Assembly: GCF_006345805.1 (NCBI RefSeq)
Contig: NC_043002.1
Coordinates: 5,456,001-5,520,000, forward strand
Origin: Octopus sinensis
Lineage: Eukaryota
Direction of reading: 5' to 3'
DNA: 64,000 nucleotides
Position numbers and translations under genes: made by a program. Shown in pieces: positions 37,382-50,157 of this stretch. Numbering within the stretch: position 1 is the first letter of the stretch; every line of letters starts with the position of its first letter. The notes under the pieces are model-generated. The model had not been told where the DNA came from. It did no database searches and was given only the letters and a program-made list of their open reading frames with translations.

Positions 37382-38328
37382 ATATACACAACGGGTTTCT
37401 TTCAGTTTCTATCGACCAAATCCGCTCACAAGGCTTTGGTCGGCCTGAGACCCTCGCTCAAGATGCCACGCAGTGGAACTGAACTCGAAATCACATCTCA
37501 TAATTTTTTCAAGACGATTAAGAAAGTAAATTAAGTGAAATCGCTCTGATTGAATTGAAACAGGACCAGGAATTTGACTTGGCATTTCTATTTTATCCAT
37601 AAGGATTATAATGCGTTGATCATAGCGAAAGCGTTTACATTAAAACAACTTATTTTATTCTAAAGGAAGAAAATGTAATGGACGGAACCGAATCACAGTA
37701 TATTACTGGTACTAGTGTCACCGTTTAATAGAAATAAAAACTTGTTATCTATTTTGCATTCAAGTTAACTTATCCTCCCGTCTCTTCTAGATGGAAGAAC
37801 CGAAATAATTCGTCTACCGCCTTCGTTTCAAGCTATGTCCCAATATCTACCAGACAAATTGTCATCCTAATGTCAAGGAAGGAATTCATTATCTACATGT
37901 CCCATCTATTTTACTTCAAAGAATTCCACACCAGCGAGATGGTGGTGATGATGATGGGGTGGTGAAGATGACTGGAATAAGAGAACACCGAAATAAATGC
38001 AATAGAATATGCCTTTAGAGTTTTTTTCAGCTTTTAGTTTGGATCCCGTTGGGGGAATACTTTGCTATATACGTAAATACGTGTCATGAGTGCACGAAGT
38101 CCCATGCTACCCAAATATGACAGAATTACAAAAGCCTTCATAGAGCATCGGTTTACAGGCAGTTTTTCTTTTTTTAACCTCAGTGTACTTTACAGCAAAT
38201 AAAAATATTTTGGTGCACTTTCTGCAAAACGGGGGAGAAATGTAATATTCGTTATATAACTAAATCAAGAAAACCATACAAGGCATATATAAATTTATAA
38301 ACAGATGTAAATTTTATATATATGTATG

Positions 38329-38362
<34 letters not shown>

Positions 38363-38971
38363 ATAATATATATATATATATTATATATATATATATATAT
38401 ATATGTATAATATATATATACATACATACATACATACACACATGTACATCCACATACATACATACATACAGTATTATTATTATTACTCTTATTACTAAGG
38501 CAGCGAGCTGGCAGAATCGTTAGCAACGCCGGACGAAATGCTTAGTAGCATTTCATCCGTCTTCTCGTTCTGAGGTCAAATTCCGCGAGGTCGACTTTGC
38601 CCTTCATCTTTTTAGGGTCGATAAAATAAGTACCAGTTGAGTACTGGGGTCAATGCAATCGACTTACCCCCTTCCCCGGAATTGCTGACCTTGTGCCAAA
38701 ATTTGAAATCATTATTACTCTTATTTGAGAAGAACCTGTTTACCATTCGCCAGTTGGGTTAGTTTTTCCTAAAGCTATAGATTATATATTTTTAAATCCT
38801 AGGCTCGCCAAGATACCCTCTCCTTTGCAGCTCACAATTTTGATCACTACTCGGAAGAAAAACCGTTGAACGCGATATTTTTAACAATATTTACATTATA
38901 ATACAAATCAAATAGAACATTATTATACATCATAATGGGACAACAAATAGATAGAATATTATTTGCTTCGG

Positions 38972-40415
38972 CATAACTACAAAAGTATAACCCTTGCCGA
39001 CTTTGTTTCCTCATAACTTTCTGAATAATGAAATGTTCTACACTTGCGTTTCACATAGTATGTATTTTGATTGTTTCGGAATTTGTTGCGAAAGTGTTTT
39101 CTGGGAGGTAGGGAAGGAGTTTCAGATAGTTGTTTTCTCATAACTTTCTGAAAAATGGATACTTTTTTCAAAAAAATTTTCTACTAATAAGTTTCAAGTG
39201 GTGTAGATAACGACTCTATCGGAATTTAATGAGAAAATAAATTTAGATGGGAGCAGAGAATATTTCACGCACAACTTTATTTTCTCAAATGTTTTAATAA
39301 TTTCGTTACAATTAGGTTCATAAATATTATTTTTGAGGACTGTTTTACCCTTTCCATTCCGTAATTTGTTAAATATTTTTAATAATATGAAAATTTCCAG
39401 AAATTCTCTGGCGCAGGAGTGGCTTTGTGGTAAGTAGCTTGCTTACGAACCATATGGTTCGGGGTTCAGTCCCACTGCGGGCACCTTGGGCAAGTGTTTT
39501 TACTAGACGAAAACTGAAAGAAGCCCGTCGTATGTATACATATATGTATGTATGTATGTATGTGTTTGACCCCCCCCCCAATATTGCTTGACAACCGATG
39601 GTGGTGTGTTTGCGTCACCGTAACTTAGCGGTTCGGCACAAGAGACCGATAGAATAAGTATTAGGCTTATAAAGAATATGTCCTGGGGATCGATTTGCTC
39701 GACTTAAGGCAGTGCTCCAGCATGGCCACAGTCAAATGACTGAAACAAGTAAAAGAGTAAAAAGAATAGAGAGTAAATTACCAACATAATTTGAAAACAA
39801 AAATCAGATTTGAATTTGTTCTTATGGCTGTTTGGTAAGCTATCGGCTTTAGAATATACACGTGTGATCGCTGTTATATCTAGCATATTAAATGGTGACG
39901 CAGAGGAGGAGTTACCTCTGAGCATGCTTAAAAGAGCGAGAGATTAAGACGGCTATGAAATAATCAAACATGTACTCACTAATTAGTATTAGCATGGTAC
40001 TCAGCTTTCTACAAAGATTTCTTTCAGAGAATTTTTGGAAAAGTGTGGAGTAGACCCCAAAACTATTTTGCTTTTCAACGTAATTAATCTACAATCATAT
40101 TAAGAGGAAGACAATCAAGGTGCATAAAATATCTCCCCGTTCCATGTTTTTCGCATCAAATTCCAACATAATCGTAATCTGAAACCATCTGAAAGGTATT
40201 TGTAGAAAATGTCATTAGAAGTACTTGTCTTTCTGAAAGTTATAAGGAAACAAAATCGGAATATGTGATTTATATGTAACTCCACTCTCTTCGCCTCCGC
40301 AAAACGTTTTCCCCCGCAAATTCCGATTTAATTGTAACTACACCAGCTGAAACATCCATTTTTCAGAAAGTTATGAGGAAACAAAGTCAGGAGGAGGTAA
40401 ACCTCTGTAGTTATG
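38972..40415. mobile_element. Old TIR element with repeated ctcataactttctgaa motifs, with a SINE-B nested inside
   Basis: cataactaca..gactttgtttcctcataactttctgaa pairs with ttcagaaagttatgaggaaacaaagtc..tgtagttatg. Confidence 0.55.
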
Positions 40416-40482
40416 TCATTGTTCCTTTTCTTTACGTTCTGAGTTCAAAACAAACTGAGGTCAACTTTGCATTTCATCCTAC

Positions 40483-40918
40483 GGATCTTTTCGGTTTGAA
40501 CGGCAGTTTTTAGCATAATTTCCAGGTAACTAAAAAATGTTAAACTTCGTATACTGGTAGAATATGTTTATAAAACATCTTTTTCTCTTGGCTTTATTGA
40601 GAAAATTCTATAGTTTGTAAAATATTTGCTTTTTTTCTTCAATTTCTGCAATTTCAACCAATCAGTGACGTGTATTGAGGTAAAAAACATTCTGTGCCGT
40701 ATGAATATGTCCCTCGTTTAAGAAATAGATTGGGTTTATTTACATTTGTGAAGAGAAAAAAGATACCCTTCCCCCACCCCTAACCCTAACTAACCCTAAC
40801 TCTAACCCTAACCCTAAATTAGATTGAAATGCAATAGACCGATACTAGGGTCATAATTATGGGTGACAATTTCATATGACACAGCTAGAATAAAATGCGG
40901 TTCAAACCGAAAAGATCC
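40483..40918. mobile_element. MITE with GGATC...GATCC TIRs, 8-bp TSD and internal (CCCTAA)n
   Basis: TIR ggatcttttcggtttgaac / gttcaaaccgaaaagatcc. TSD catcctac on both sides. Inserted into a SINE-A remnant. Confidence 0.9.
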
Positions 40919-42464
40919 CATCCTACAGTAAGATATAAATCATTATATATCATATGTTAAATAAGGTATGATATTTATTTAACATCCAATTATAAAATAC
41001 CTGTAATTACTAGTAAAAATAAGGATTTACAGTTTCACCAGCAATAGCAAAAGTGAGAGAGAGAGAGACGGATGGAGAGATGCGTGTACGTGAGTGTGTA
41101 CATATGTATAGGAATGAAATGGAATGCATAGATGTAAGTATGTGTGTTTATGCATGTATATTTTGAAGAAAGATTTTATGAAGAATTTTTTGTCTCTGGC
41201 AAAATATGCCGACAGAATCACATGTTATTTGTTTGTATATATTATCGGGCATAAATTAGAAATAAAAAAACAACGTGAAAAAGCTGAAAGCTACTTTAAA
41301 GAAATATGAAAAAGAAAAAAAACAGAAATGAAACCTGTGTCATAACTTATGTCAAAGAACCGAGGGATCGGGTTTCGAATTTATTTTGATTGTTGCCAGT
41401 GTCTACGTTTGACATTCGGTTTTCTTTTGTGTTGAAAGATTTTCCATATGTCTAAACCAATGAAATGATGTTTGAAGGTCTCAGTAAATAAAAATAGGAT
41501 TATTGTTATTGTTGTTGTTGAACCCCAGGTCAAACGGGATTGAGCAGACGTATGATCACAAAGCATTCCTGCTTTGATCAAGCCATCTCTACGTATATCT
41601 AGGATTACACTGTCTAATGCGTCCTTCTTACTTTAAAACGATAGGGTGTGATTCAAGGGAATTTGGCTCCTGTTGCTAGCCGTTCGAGCGACTGATTAGA
41701 CGTTCCCACGTACGGTATAAAATGCGTATATGTGGTGGGGTTTAATCTCTGAAGGAATAAAAAAGGGGAACTTCTGCGTATATATATCAGTCAGTGTGTG
41801 TGTGTGTGGTGTGTGTGTGTGTGCGCGCGCGCGCGCCATTGTGAGTAGGGAAGGGTCTGAGAAATTTTGAGAATATCTACTTGACATTTACGGATGTAAA
41901 CTAAGACGTTATCCTTGGTGAAGAGGCAAGAAAAGAAAGAAGGGGGTTAGACGAGAAAGGGGTTATTTTAGGGATAAGCAAAGTGTTAGAGATGACTGAT
42001 GGGGATGGAGTTAAAGTATATTAGAACAATGAAGCAACTGTTTCACTGGATTTCGTTGACGTTTTAACAAATCAAAAAGAGCGTAAGATAACTTGATTCA
42101 CCACATGACGATGAGCAGCGGGAGGAGGCTCTTCAGATATCAAATAGAGATTTGGTTACTATTTCTAGCAAGTTGAACGGCCCTCTAGAATTTTCCCGTT
42201 CAGTGTACAATAATAGTGAGATGTTTCCAGCCTGGTCTAAGCTGTGATGACTGAAACAAACTCATGATCTTAAGAGATAGCTAACCATTCAGCTACAATT
42301 CCCTGACAGCTGTAGATATAAATACATGCTTAAAAGCTGTTTAGCTTATCTAATTAATTATCTGGATGTTTTTACTAACTGAACTAATTAGATTTACATT
42401 GAGAAATGTTTTCAAGCATTTTCGTGTATCTACCTCCTTTACCAGCTCACCGTATCAATTCTTC

Positions 42465-42499
<35 letters not shown>

Positions 42500-42776
42500 G
42501 CGCACACACACGACAAGACCCATAACGCTATATAAATTTAAGACTAGTATTCATACAATCAACATTAATGAAAATAAATCTAGCAAAAATGTTGCAGATA
42601 ATGATAAAGAATTTTCAACTTAAAGAAAAAAATTCCCTTGCTACAGCCCTAAAATTTCCCACAGGAATCCTAAATTAACCAGGTTAAGAATTGGTGGCAT
42701 AGATGTTCGGCAAAATTAATGTCATTAAACATTATTTATTGTGACTATTAGCGACGAAACGATATTAGTACCAAAT

Positions 42777-43086
42777 GGCGGCGAGCTGGCAGAATCGTTA
42801 GCACGTCGGGCGAAATGCTTAGCGGTATTTCGTCTGCCGTTACGTTCTGAGTTCAAATTCCGCCGAGGTCGACTTTACCTTTCATCCTTTCGAGGTCGAT
42901 TAAATAAGTACCAGTTACGCACTGGGGTCGATATAATCGACTTAATCCGTTTGTCTGTCCTTGTTTGTCCTCTCTGTGTTTAGCCCCTTGTGTGCAGTAA
43001 AGAAATAGATATAATCGACTAAATCTGTTGTCTGTCCTTGTTTGTCCTCTCTGTGTTTAGCCCCTTGTGGGTAGTAAAGAAATAGG
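42777..43086 (+). mobile_element. SINE-A with duplicated 3' segment
   Basis: Full unit followed by a repeat of atataatcgact...aagaaatagg. Flanking tattagtac repeat. Confidence 0.85.
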
Positions 43087-43087
43087 T

Positions 43088-43225
43088 ATTAGTACGAAAA
43101 GTCAATTTTTATATCCAATTTAATTTGGATGTCTTGTGAGAGCGCTGATCACTGCGCAGTATTCGGCGCTCTAACAAGACATCCACGTTATGTTGAATAT
43201 AAAAATTGCTTTTATTGATAGTAAT
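43088..43225. repeat. Short palindromic (foldback) element
   Basis: ggatgtcttgt.agagcgc pairs with gcgctct.acaagacatcc around the centre actgc|gcagt; outer arms aatttttatat / atataaaaatt. Confidence 0.75.
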
Positions 43226-46178
43226 TTGGACCTTAGATAGAAGCTACATAATCTTTAAATTAAGAGAATAGTATAGTTTTCTGAATGAAACTCAAAATGT
43301 TTATTATCATTATACTACTGGACAGATGAAAAGATGGGGTTGATCTCAGCAGGTACCGGGATGAAACTACATACACCATTACCTCATAGGTTCTATGTCT
43401 ATACCAGTTCTCTAAAGAGGTCGATCGGCAGAATAGTTAGGACGTCAGACTAACCTTATACAGTAGTGTTCCGGTATACGGTAGTCTTCTCGTATTGAGT
43501 TAAAATTCCCATGAAGTCGACCTTGCCTTATATTTTATCTTTCTGGGTCGATAAATAAAGTGCTAGCCAATTTCTAAGGGTCAATTTATTTTCCAGCTCA
43601 TTATCTCAGAATCTTCAACGCTGTGAAAGGGTCGTAGAAGATAACTCACAATGTTTCTCTCCCTTAAGAAATGGAAGAAGGTTGAGCTATGAGCCACTTC
43701 TCATCAAGAAGGGTACAAAAAACGACCAATTAATCTAAAAAATATGGTAGACGTAAACAGGCTGATGAGATATTGTATGGATCCAGCGGTAAGAAAATAA
43801 AGCACAAATTCTCTTGTCCATAAAACACTAGATATTATTCAATTAATCAAACAATGGAAAAAAAGGTTGATTAGCTAAAATACTTCGAAGGACGATGTTG
43901 TTTAAAAAAAAACCAGATCAGCTCTGAAAGAGCAGACCAATTACCAAAGTCATTAATTATAACACGATCATTCAGTCTTTTCTGTGTTGGAGAGGGCATT
44001 GTGTATAGAGGACTATATTATCTAAAATATGTTTTTTTTTAAGATGTTAGGGTGTAATTTGGAGAAGCATTTGGCTGCTATTCTTCGTTGGTCGAACGAA
44101 CAAACGTAGAATCTTTTGTCACACTATTGTATTATTTTACCATATTATATGCGCAATGTATCTGCTAGTACTTTCCATTATTTATATCCTGAATTTGGGT
44201 TCAAGAAATAAACGTTTCACATTACGGCCTTTCCTTTATCTTTTCACTGCCACTGAATGGATTCAAGAAGACCCTAATTTTAATTATAATCTTTATTGTG
44301 TTCACAAACTATTCAGTAAATTAATTTCTATAATTAACCTCTAGCACCGAAAAATATTGCAACAACGAAAATTTCTTAGTGTTCTTTCCTCTTGCCAATG
44401 GCTGTGATCATCCAGTGATCTTTTTCTTTTTTTTTTTAGCATAATCATTTTCGGACTGGACATTTCTATATGCTTTACCTTTTTAAAGAAAATAGTGTTT
44501 CAAAGGAGATTTAGCTACCAATTTTTGAAAATCAAAAGCACGCGTAGAAGCCTCTCGTTGCTGAGATGTGAGCTACACTCCTAGCTTTCTAGATATATCA
44601 CCGATGTCAATGGATCGTACGTCTTTCAACTCACTTTCTTCATGACGTCGATCTGCACCGCCTGGAATAACCAGACCTAAGCCAAAACAACCTTAAAGCT
44701 TATATTTAAAGAAAGCTGCTTAATATTTTCCCTAAAGGCCCCGACCGAAATGCAAATAGCCAGAAACAGGGTATGTAGCTTAAAGCTAAGATGAGTTAAG
44801 CAGAATTGTAAGGATGCATTTTCACTACAGATTCTGGCTAAAAACAGAAAAATACAGAGTTATTCGCTTTTAAAGTTTGCAAATTTTGGATAATTTTAGC
44901 CAATTTTAGACACATTCATGCCTGTTTCCATAGTAACCAGCCAAACATGAGAACTCTTTTGTATGCGATATAGTACATGTTGACAAATACATTCTACGTG
45001 AAAGCATGTGCATCGATGCTGTGTTCTGCTGCCTGCATCCTGGTCGAGAGATGTGTCTAAAAATAACAGCCAAATAGGCCTTAAATCATGCACCTCCCAA
45101 TTTTTAAAATTATTATTATTATTATTTTGTTTTTGCATAATCGTATGAATTCCTGAATGTTGAATACAAATTCGCAAAAATTTTCTGAAAATTCCAAAAA
45201 ATAAAAAAAGGGTCCTGGGGGATCATATGTCGTGCGTAAAGCAAAAGTTGATTTATTTACTGTTTCATATTAAAACATATCACACACAAAATGTTAGCTT
45301 CCAAAGCCTGTTTTTTTTCTGATTGGGTAAAAAATATCAAACTCTAAACCTCTATAACTTTTGTAAAAAAAATGGCCACAGCTCATGAGCAGAAACTAGA
45401 ATCAATCAATCAATCAAATCTCCTGTGATTCAGCTTGAAAAACTACATTAATGTACCAAATTTTAAGATTTTCAATATAAACTTTGAAATTTTCACAGCT
45501 GCAACCTAACAGAAAATATTCTGGACTTGCTAAAGGTATCTTATTTCTTTATTGCCCACTAGGGGCTAAACATAGAGAGAACAAACAAGGACAGACAAAG
45601 GGATTAAGCCGATTACATCGACTCCAGTGCGTAATTGGTACTTTATTTATCGACTCCGAAAGGATGAAAGGCAAAGTCGACCTCGGCGGAATTTGAACTC
45701 AGGACGCAGCGGCGGACGAAATACCACAAAGCATTTCGCCCAGCGTGCTAACGTTTCTGCCAGAAAGCGTCAAGATGTGAAGCCGAGTAACGGATGAATT
45801 TTACAAACCATTAGTAAATAATTATTCATACTAACTACAACCGGTAAAGGAATCTTCTGAAATCAGCAATGATTCATGATTTCATTGCCTTACAAATAAA
45901 TACGAAACAAAAGGAGAGCCACTTCGTGGGAGATTGGCTTGCTAGTAATTGCTGCCTGATTGCCTCGAAGGTGGTTGCAAAGTGAGTTTCTTAACCACAT
46001 ATACACTGCATGACGTTTGGTAGACATACTATGTAAGAATGCTCTGTTTCGTGGCAGAAATATACCCAAAACATAGGAGCACATTATATAATCCCCAGGA
46101 CAGAAACAGTGGGACAAAGCGTATGTTAGGGACAAGACTGGGCAGGTCTTTTGTATCACAGGTATTAACCTGTCATAA

Positions 46179-46408
46179 GGCGGCGAGCTGGCAGAAACGT
46201 TAGCGCGCCGGGCGAAATGCTTAGCGGTATTTCATCTGCCGTTACGTTCTGAGTTCAAATTCCGCCGAGGTCGACTTTACCTTTCATCCTTTCGGGGTCG
46301 ATAAATTAAGTACCAGTTACGCACTGGGGTTGATATAATCGACTTAATCCGTCTGTGTATCCTTGTTTGTCCTCTCTGTGTTTAGCCCCTTGTGTGTAGT
46401 AAAGAAAT
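46179..46408 (+). mobile_element. Full-length SINE-A; 18-bp TSD aggtattaacctgtcata
   Basis: TSD at 46160-46177 and 46409-46426. Confidence 0.92.
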
Positions 46409-46985
46409 AGGTATTAACCTGTCATACTTTTACACACTTTCGTTCAACTGAATTTCACTCAAGAAGGTCTTGGGTAGACTTGAGGTTATAGTGCAATACA
46501 TTGCCCAAAATGTCGCATAAGAAGATCGAACACGGTATCTCATAATTGCGAAGTGAACTCCTCAAGCATTCAGCCATGATTTAAACAAATACATTCACTC
46601 ACACACACACACACACGAATGTAAGGAGTAACTTAAACCAATAACAGATTCTTGTTATACAAGTAGAGAAAAATTTGATTATTCTTCTCATAGTATTCAA
46701 GATATGTTGCAGCTATTTTTAATATTATAGGGTATCGTTTTTTAAAATTCTTTCTTTCTTTTTTTGCTAAATATTTTTTCTTCCTTGACTTCACTTTCAA
46801 GTTGTATTCATTGTGTTATTGAACCTGTTGTCATCCTCTCATGTTTATTAAAAAAAAAAAGAATGTAAGCAGAACAGAACAAGACAAGCAAATATTTTTA
46901 AAAGAAAGAGGAAAAATTTTCTTCTAAAAATACCAGCCTGATCATTAATCAATAAACAAAACTATATATACACGCGTGTGCGCAC

Positions 46986-47024
<39 letters not shown>

Positions 47025-47371
47025 GCATTAGTACAAATAGCATTTTGTTTTTTATTGTTGTTTTCCCCTTTTTGCTTGTATATTGAGATAGTCACAAAGA
47101 GCTATACTGGAGATTTGTATTCGTGTTGAAAACAGGAGCTCAGCTGGATATCTCCTATTATCTGTTATAGCGAGAGATAGATATAGGTTGCTCTCGTGCA
47201 AGGCACCTAATAATGAAAAATTAAACAACTGGAGACAATATACAATAGTGCGACCGTTTTATTTTTCTAGAAAAATCAGTAATGGAAAATAATCCGACGA
47301 AAAGTCTGGGCATTTCGAATTGAAAAGATGGCAAAGAAACTGTGCAAGAAAGGCTGTTTTACGCTAATATA

Positions 47372-47785
47372 GGATCTTTTCGGTTTGAACGGCAGTTTTT
47401 TACAAAAGATTTCCACGTAACTAAACACTTTAAAACTTCGTATACTGGTAGAATGTGTTTATAAAACATCTTTTTCTTTTGGCTTTATTGATAAAATTCT
47501 ATAGTTTGTAAGATATTTGTTGTTGTTTTTTTCTTCAATTTCTGCAATTTCGACCAATCAATGACGTCTATTGAGGTGAAAAGATTCTGTGCTGTTTGAA
47601 TATGTCCCTCGTTTAAGAAACAGATTGGGTTTATTTACATTTCTGAAGAAAAAAAGATACCCTTCCCCCCACCCATAACCCTAAAACAGATTGAAATGCA
47701 ATAGATCGATACTAGGGTCATAATTATGGGTGACAATTTCATATGACACCGCTAGAAAAAAGTGCCGTTCAAACCGAAAAGATCC
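47372..47785. mobile_element. Second copy of the same MITE
   Basis: Same TIRs; TSD ctaatata on both sides. Confidence 0.9.
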
Positions 47786-48102
47786 CTAATATATTTAGAC
47801 AGTGTCTGGGAAGATATCAAGTGGTTCACTTTTTTCAGTGCGGTATGAAGAAATTTGAGGTGGAGTAGACTGGTACTTCTAGCTTGTCAAATGATCACAA
47901 AGTGATTTCTCTGTTGTCACGTACAGGCACAACACTGGCTTTCCGGTTGGAAAGGAATTTACCTATAGGTGGTTTACTTAGTTCGTTGCCCAGGTTAACA
48001 CTACTCCTGACATCTTAAATGCTTTTAGTGAGGTCTGCTTTGTTAAACGGGTTCAGATAAGGTCCCCAGGTTATCTTTTATCGTTTATCTTTTCAGTTCT
48101 AT

Positions 48103-48221
48103 ATTTACATTTGACGGATATTTGTCCTCATTTTGTTTGTTGTTAACACAGTGTTTCGGTCGATATACTCTCCAGCCTTCATCAGGTGTCCTGGGTTCTC
48201 ATTCCTAAGGTATTTCTCCGA

Positions 48222-48255
<34 letters not shown>

Positions 48256-48349
48256 TAGGTCACTGCCTAGAATCGAACTCGGAATCTTGGGATTAGTAGC
48301 CCGGGCTACTAACCCCAAGATTCCAAGTTCGATTCTAGGCAGTGACCTA

Positions 48350-48410
<61 letters not shown>

Positions 48411-48546
48411 TCGGAGAAATACCTTAGGGATGAGAACCCAGGTTCGAAATTTCTCCAGGACACCTGATGAAGGCTGGAGAGTATATCGACCGAAACGTTG
48501 TGTTATCAACAAACAAGATCAGGACAAATATCCGTCAAATGCAAAT
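48103..48546. mobile_element. Spacer-less head-to-head palindrome of a tRNA-derived SINE-like element with (TAA)n linker and hammerhead tail
   Basis: Arms are reverse complements centred on tagtagccc|gggctacta (48302/48303). Each arm has a B-box (GTTCGATTC), (TAA)n and an HHR segment. Flanked by a 12-bp direct repeat cgtttatctttt (48082-48093, 48553-48564). Confidence 0.8.
48459..48504 (+). ncRNA. Minimal type I hammerhead ribozyme motif in the 3' part of a tRNA-headed SINE-like element
   Basis: Reads GACAC-CUGAUGA-A-GGCUG-(GAGAGUAUAU)-CGACC-GAAAC-GUU-GUGUU. Stem I GACAC/GUGUU, canonical core, stem II with one mismatch, loop-less palindromic stem III (ACGU), GUU triplet. Confidence 0.7.
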
Positions 48547-49464
48547 GATGTACGTTTATCTTTTACTTGTTTGAGTCATTAGATTGCGGCCATGCTGGGG
48601 CACTGCCTTGAAGAATTTTAATCGTACTAATCGACCCCAGTGCTTATTTTCTGTTTAAGCCTGGTGTTTATTCCATTGGTCTCTTCTGCCGAACCACTAA
48701 GTTACAGGGACGTAAATACACCAACACCGGCTGTCAACCGCTGGTGGGACGCACACGTACACTCACATACACACACACAGAGACACACACACACACAAAT
48801 ATACACACATATATACGACGGTTTTCTTTCAGTTTCCGCTTACCAAATTCACTCACACGGCTTTGGTCGGCCCGAGTCTATTGTAGAAGACACTTGTCCA
48901 ACGTGCCACGCAGTGAGGCTGAACCCAGAACCATGTGGCTGGAAAGAAAACCTCTTACCAAAAAGCCACGCTTGAGTCTATATCTTCTAAATAAGAGCCA
49001 TGGGCCAACAGAAAAACAAACTATAATGTAAATATAATCTGTTCACATTTTGGTTTTCAGATTTTAGCCAGACTCAGTAGTGAAACTGAATGTGAGAGCT
49101 TTGTGAAGATGCATCCTTACAATTCTGTTTAACTCATTTTAGCTTTAAGCTAAATACACTGTTTCTGGCTATTTGCATTTGCGGAGAGAAACTGTTTATC
49201 TTTAGATCTCTTTTCTTAAGAATTCAAGTGAGATTGTCTATCTGAGTGTGTCTGTATGTGTGATGGAGGAGAGAGAAAAACTCATACAGAGGGAGAGAGA
49301 GGGAGAAGGGGAAGGAGTAAGAAATAAATAAGAGAAATAAACATTAGGAAGAAGGAAGCAAGGAAAAACGTGAGAAAAAGAAGAGATGTGAGGAAGAACG
49401 GAGAAACGAAAATAATCAAAACAAAGAAGGAAAGAAAAAAGAATGCGTGTGTGTGCGAGTGAAT

Positions 49465-49498
<34 letters not shown>

Positions 49499-49544
49499 TG
49501 CTTATGCATACATATTCATACACATATACGTATATATATATATA

Positions 49545-49594
<50 letters not shown>

Positions 49595-49596
<2 letters not shown>

Positions 49597-50157
49597 TATA
49601 ATATAAATTGGACATTGGCGATCGTTGTATTCTTCCTTGTCTTGAGGTTCACAGCTAAACGGCTGCGTGGATTCGCGTGAAAAATGACACACATGTGGTG
49701 ACGGGTGCATAGATTGGAATGTGGTTTCTATTTTTTTCTTAGCCCCCATACTTATCGAGAAAATCGATTAAAACTTTTTCTAATGAAATTCCCGTTTGTT
49801 CTGCCATTAAAACAACCAGTTGCCCACACAGCCGACATATACCATTTCGCTAGCAACAAGGGGAGTACAGGATGACAGTCTGCCAAAACTTTCGCTTTCT
49901 TCTTTCACATCTTTGTGGGATTAGGGTTAAATATTAAATCTTAATTTTTAGTTACAGTTTCTCATTCAAACTATATAATAGGCAGAATTGTCGGATTAAG
50001 ACATTAGGGTGTTGTGAGGGATATTTGGCTGCTATTTCTACCAGGTTTAGCTACCATGTACTGGTCTGAACTTAATTTTCATTCACATATGCCTAACCGA
50101 AAACGATCACAGCCACATCATCCAAACAGACCGGGTGAAACCGAGCTTAGCTGCTAG
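49595..50157 (+). mobile_element. Non-autonomous Helitron, different family, in (TA)n
   Basis: a|TCTATAATATAAA start and an end of accgggtgaaaccgag...gCTAG|t. Confidence 0.65.

Noticed and set aside
40770-40817. Telomere or chromosome-fusion scar
   Set aside because: The short CCCTAA run is internal to a TSD-flanked MITE present twice in the window.
41381-41581. ORF containing FIGL
   Set aside because: Lacks the Trp and surrounding CTLD pattern, and no compatible splice sites were found.
48303-48348. tRNA gene call for the tRNA-like heads here and in SINE-A/B/C
   Set aside because: No complete cloverleaf or acceptor stem; these are SINE heads.
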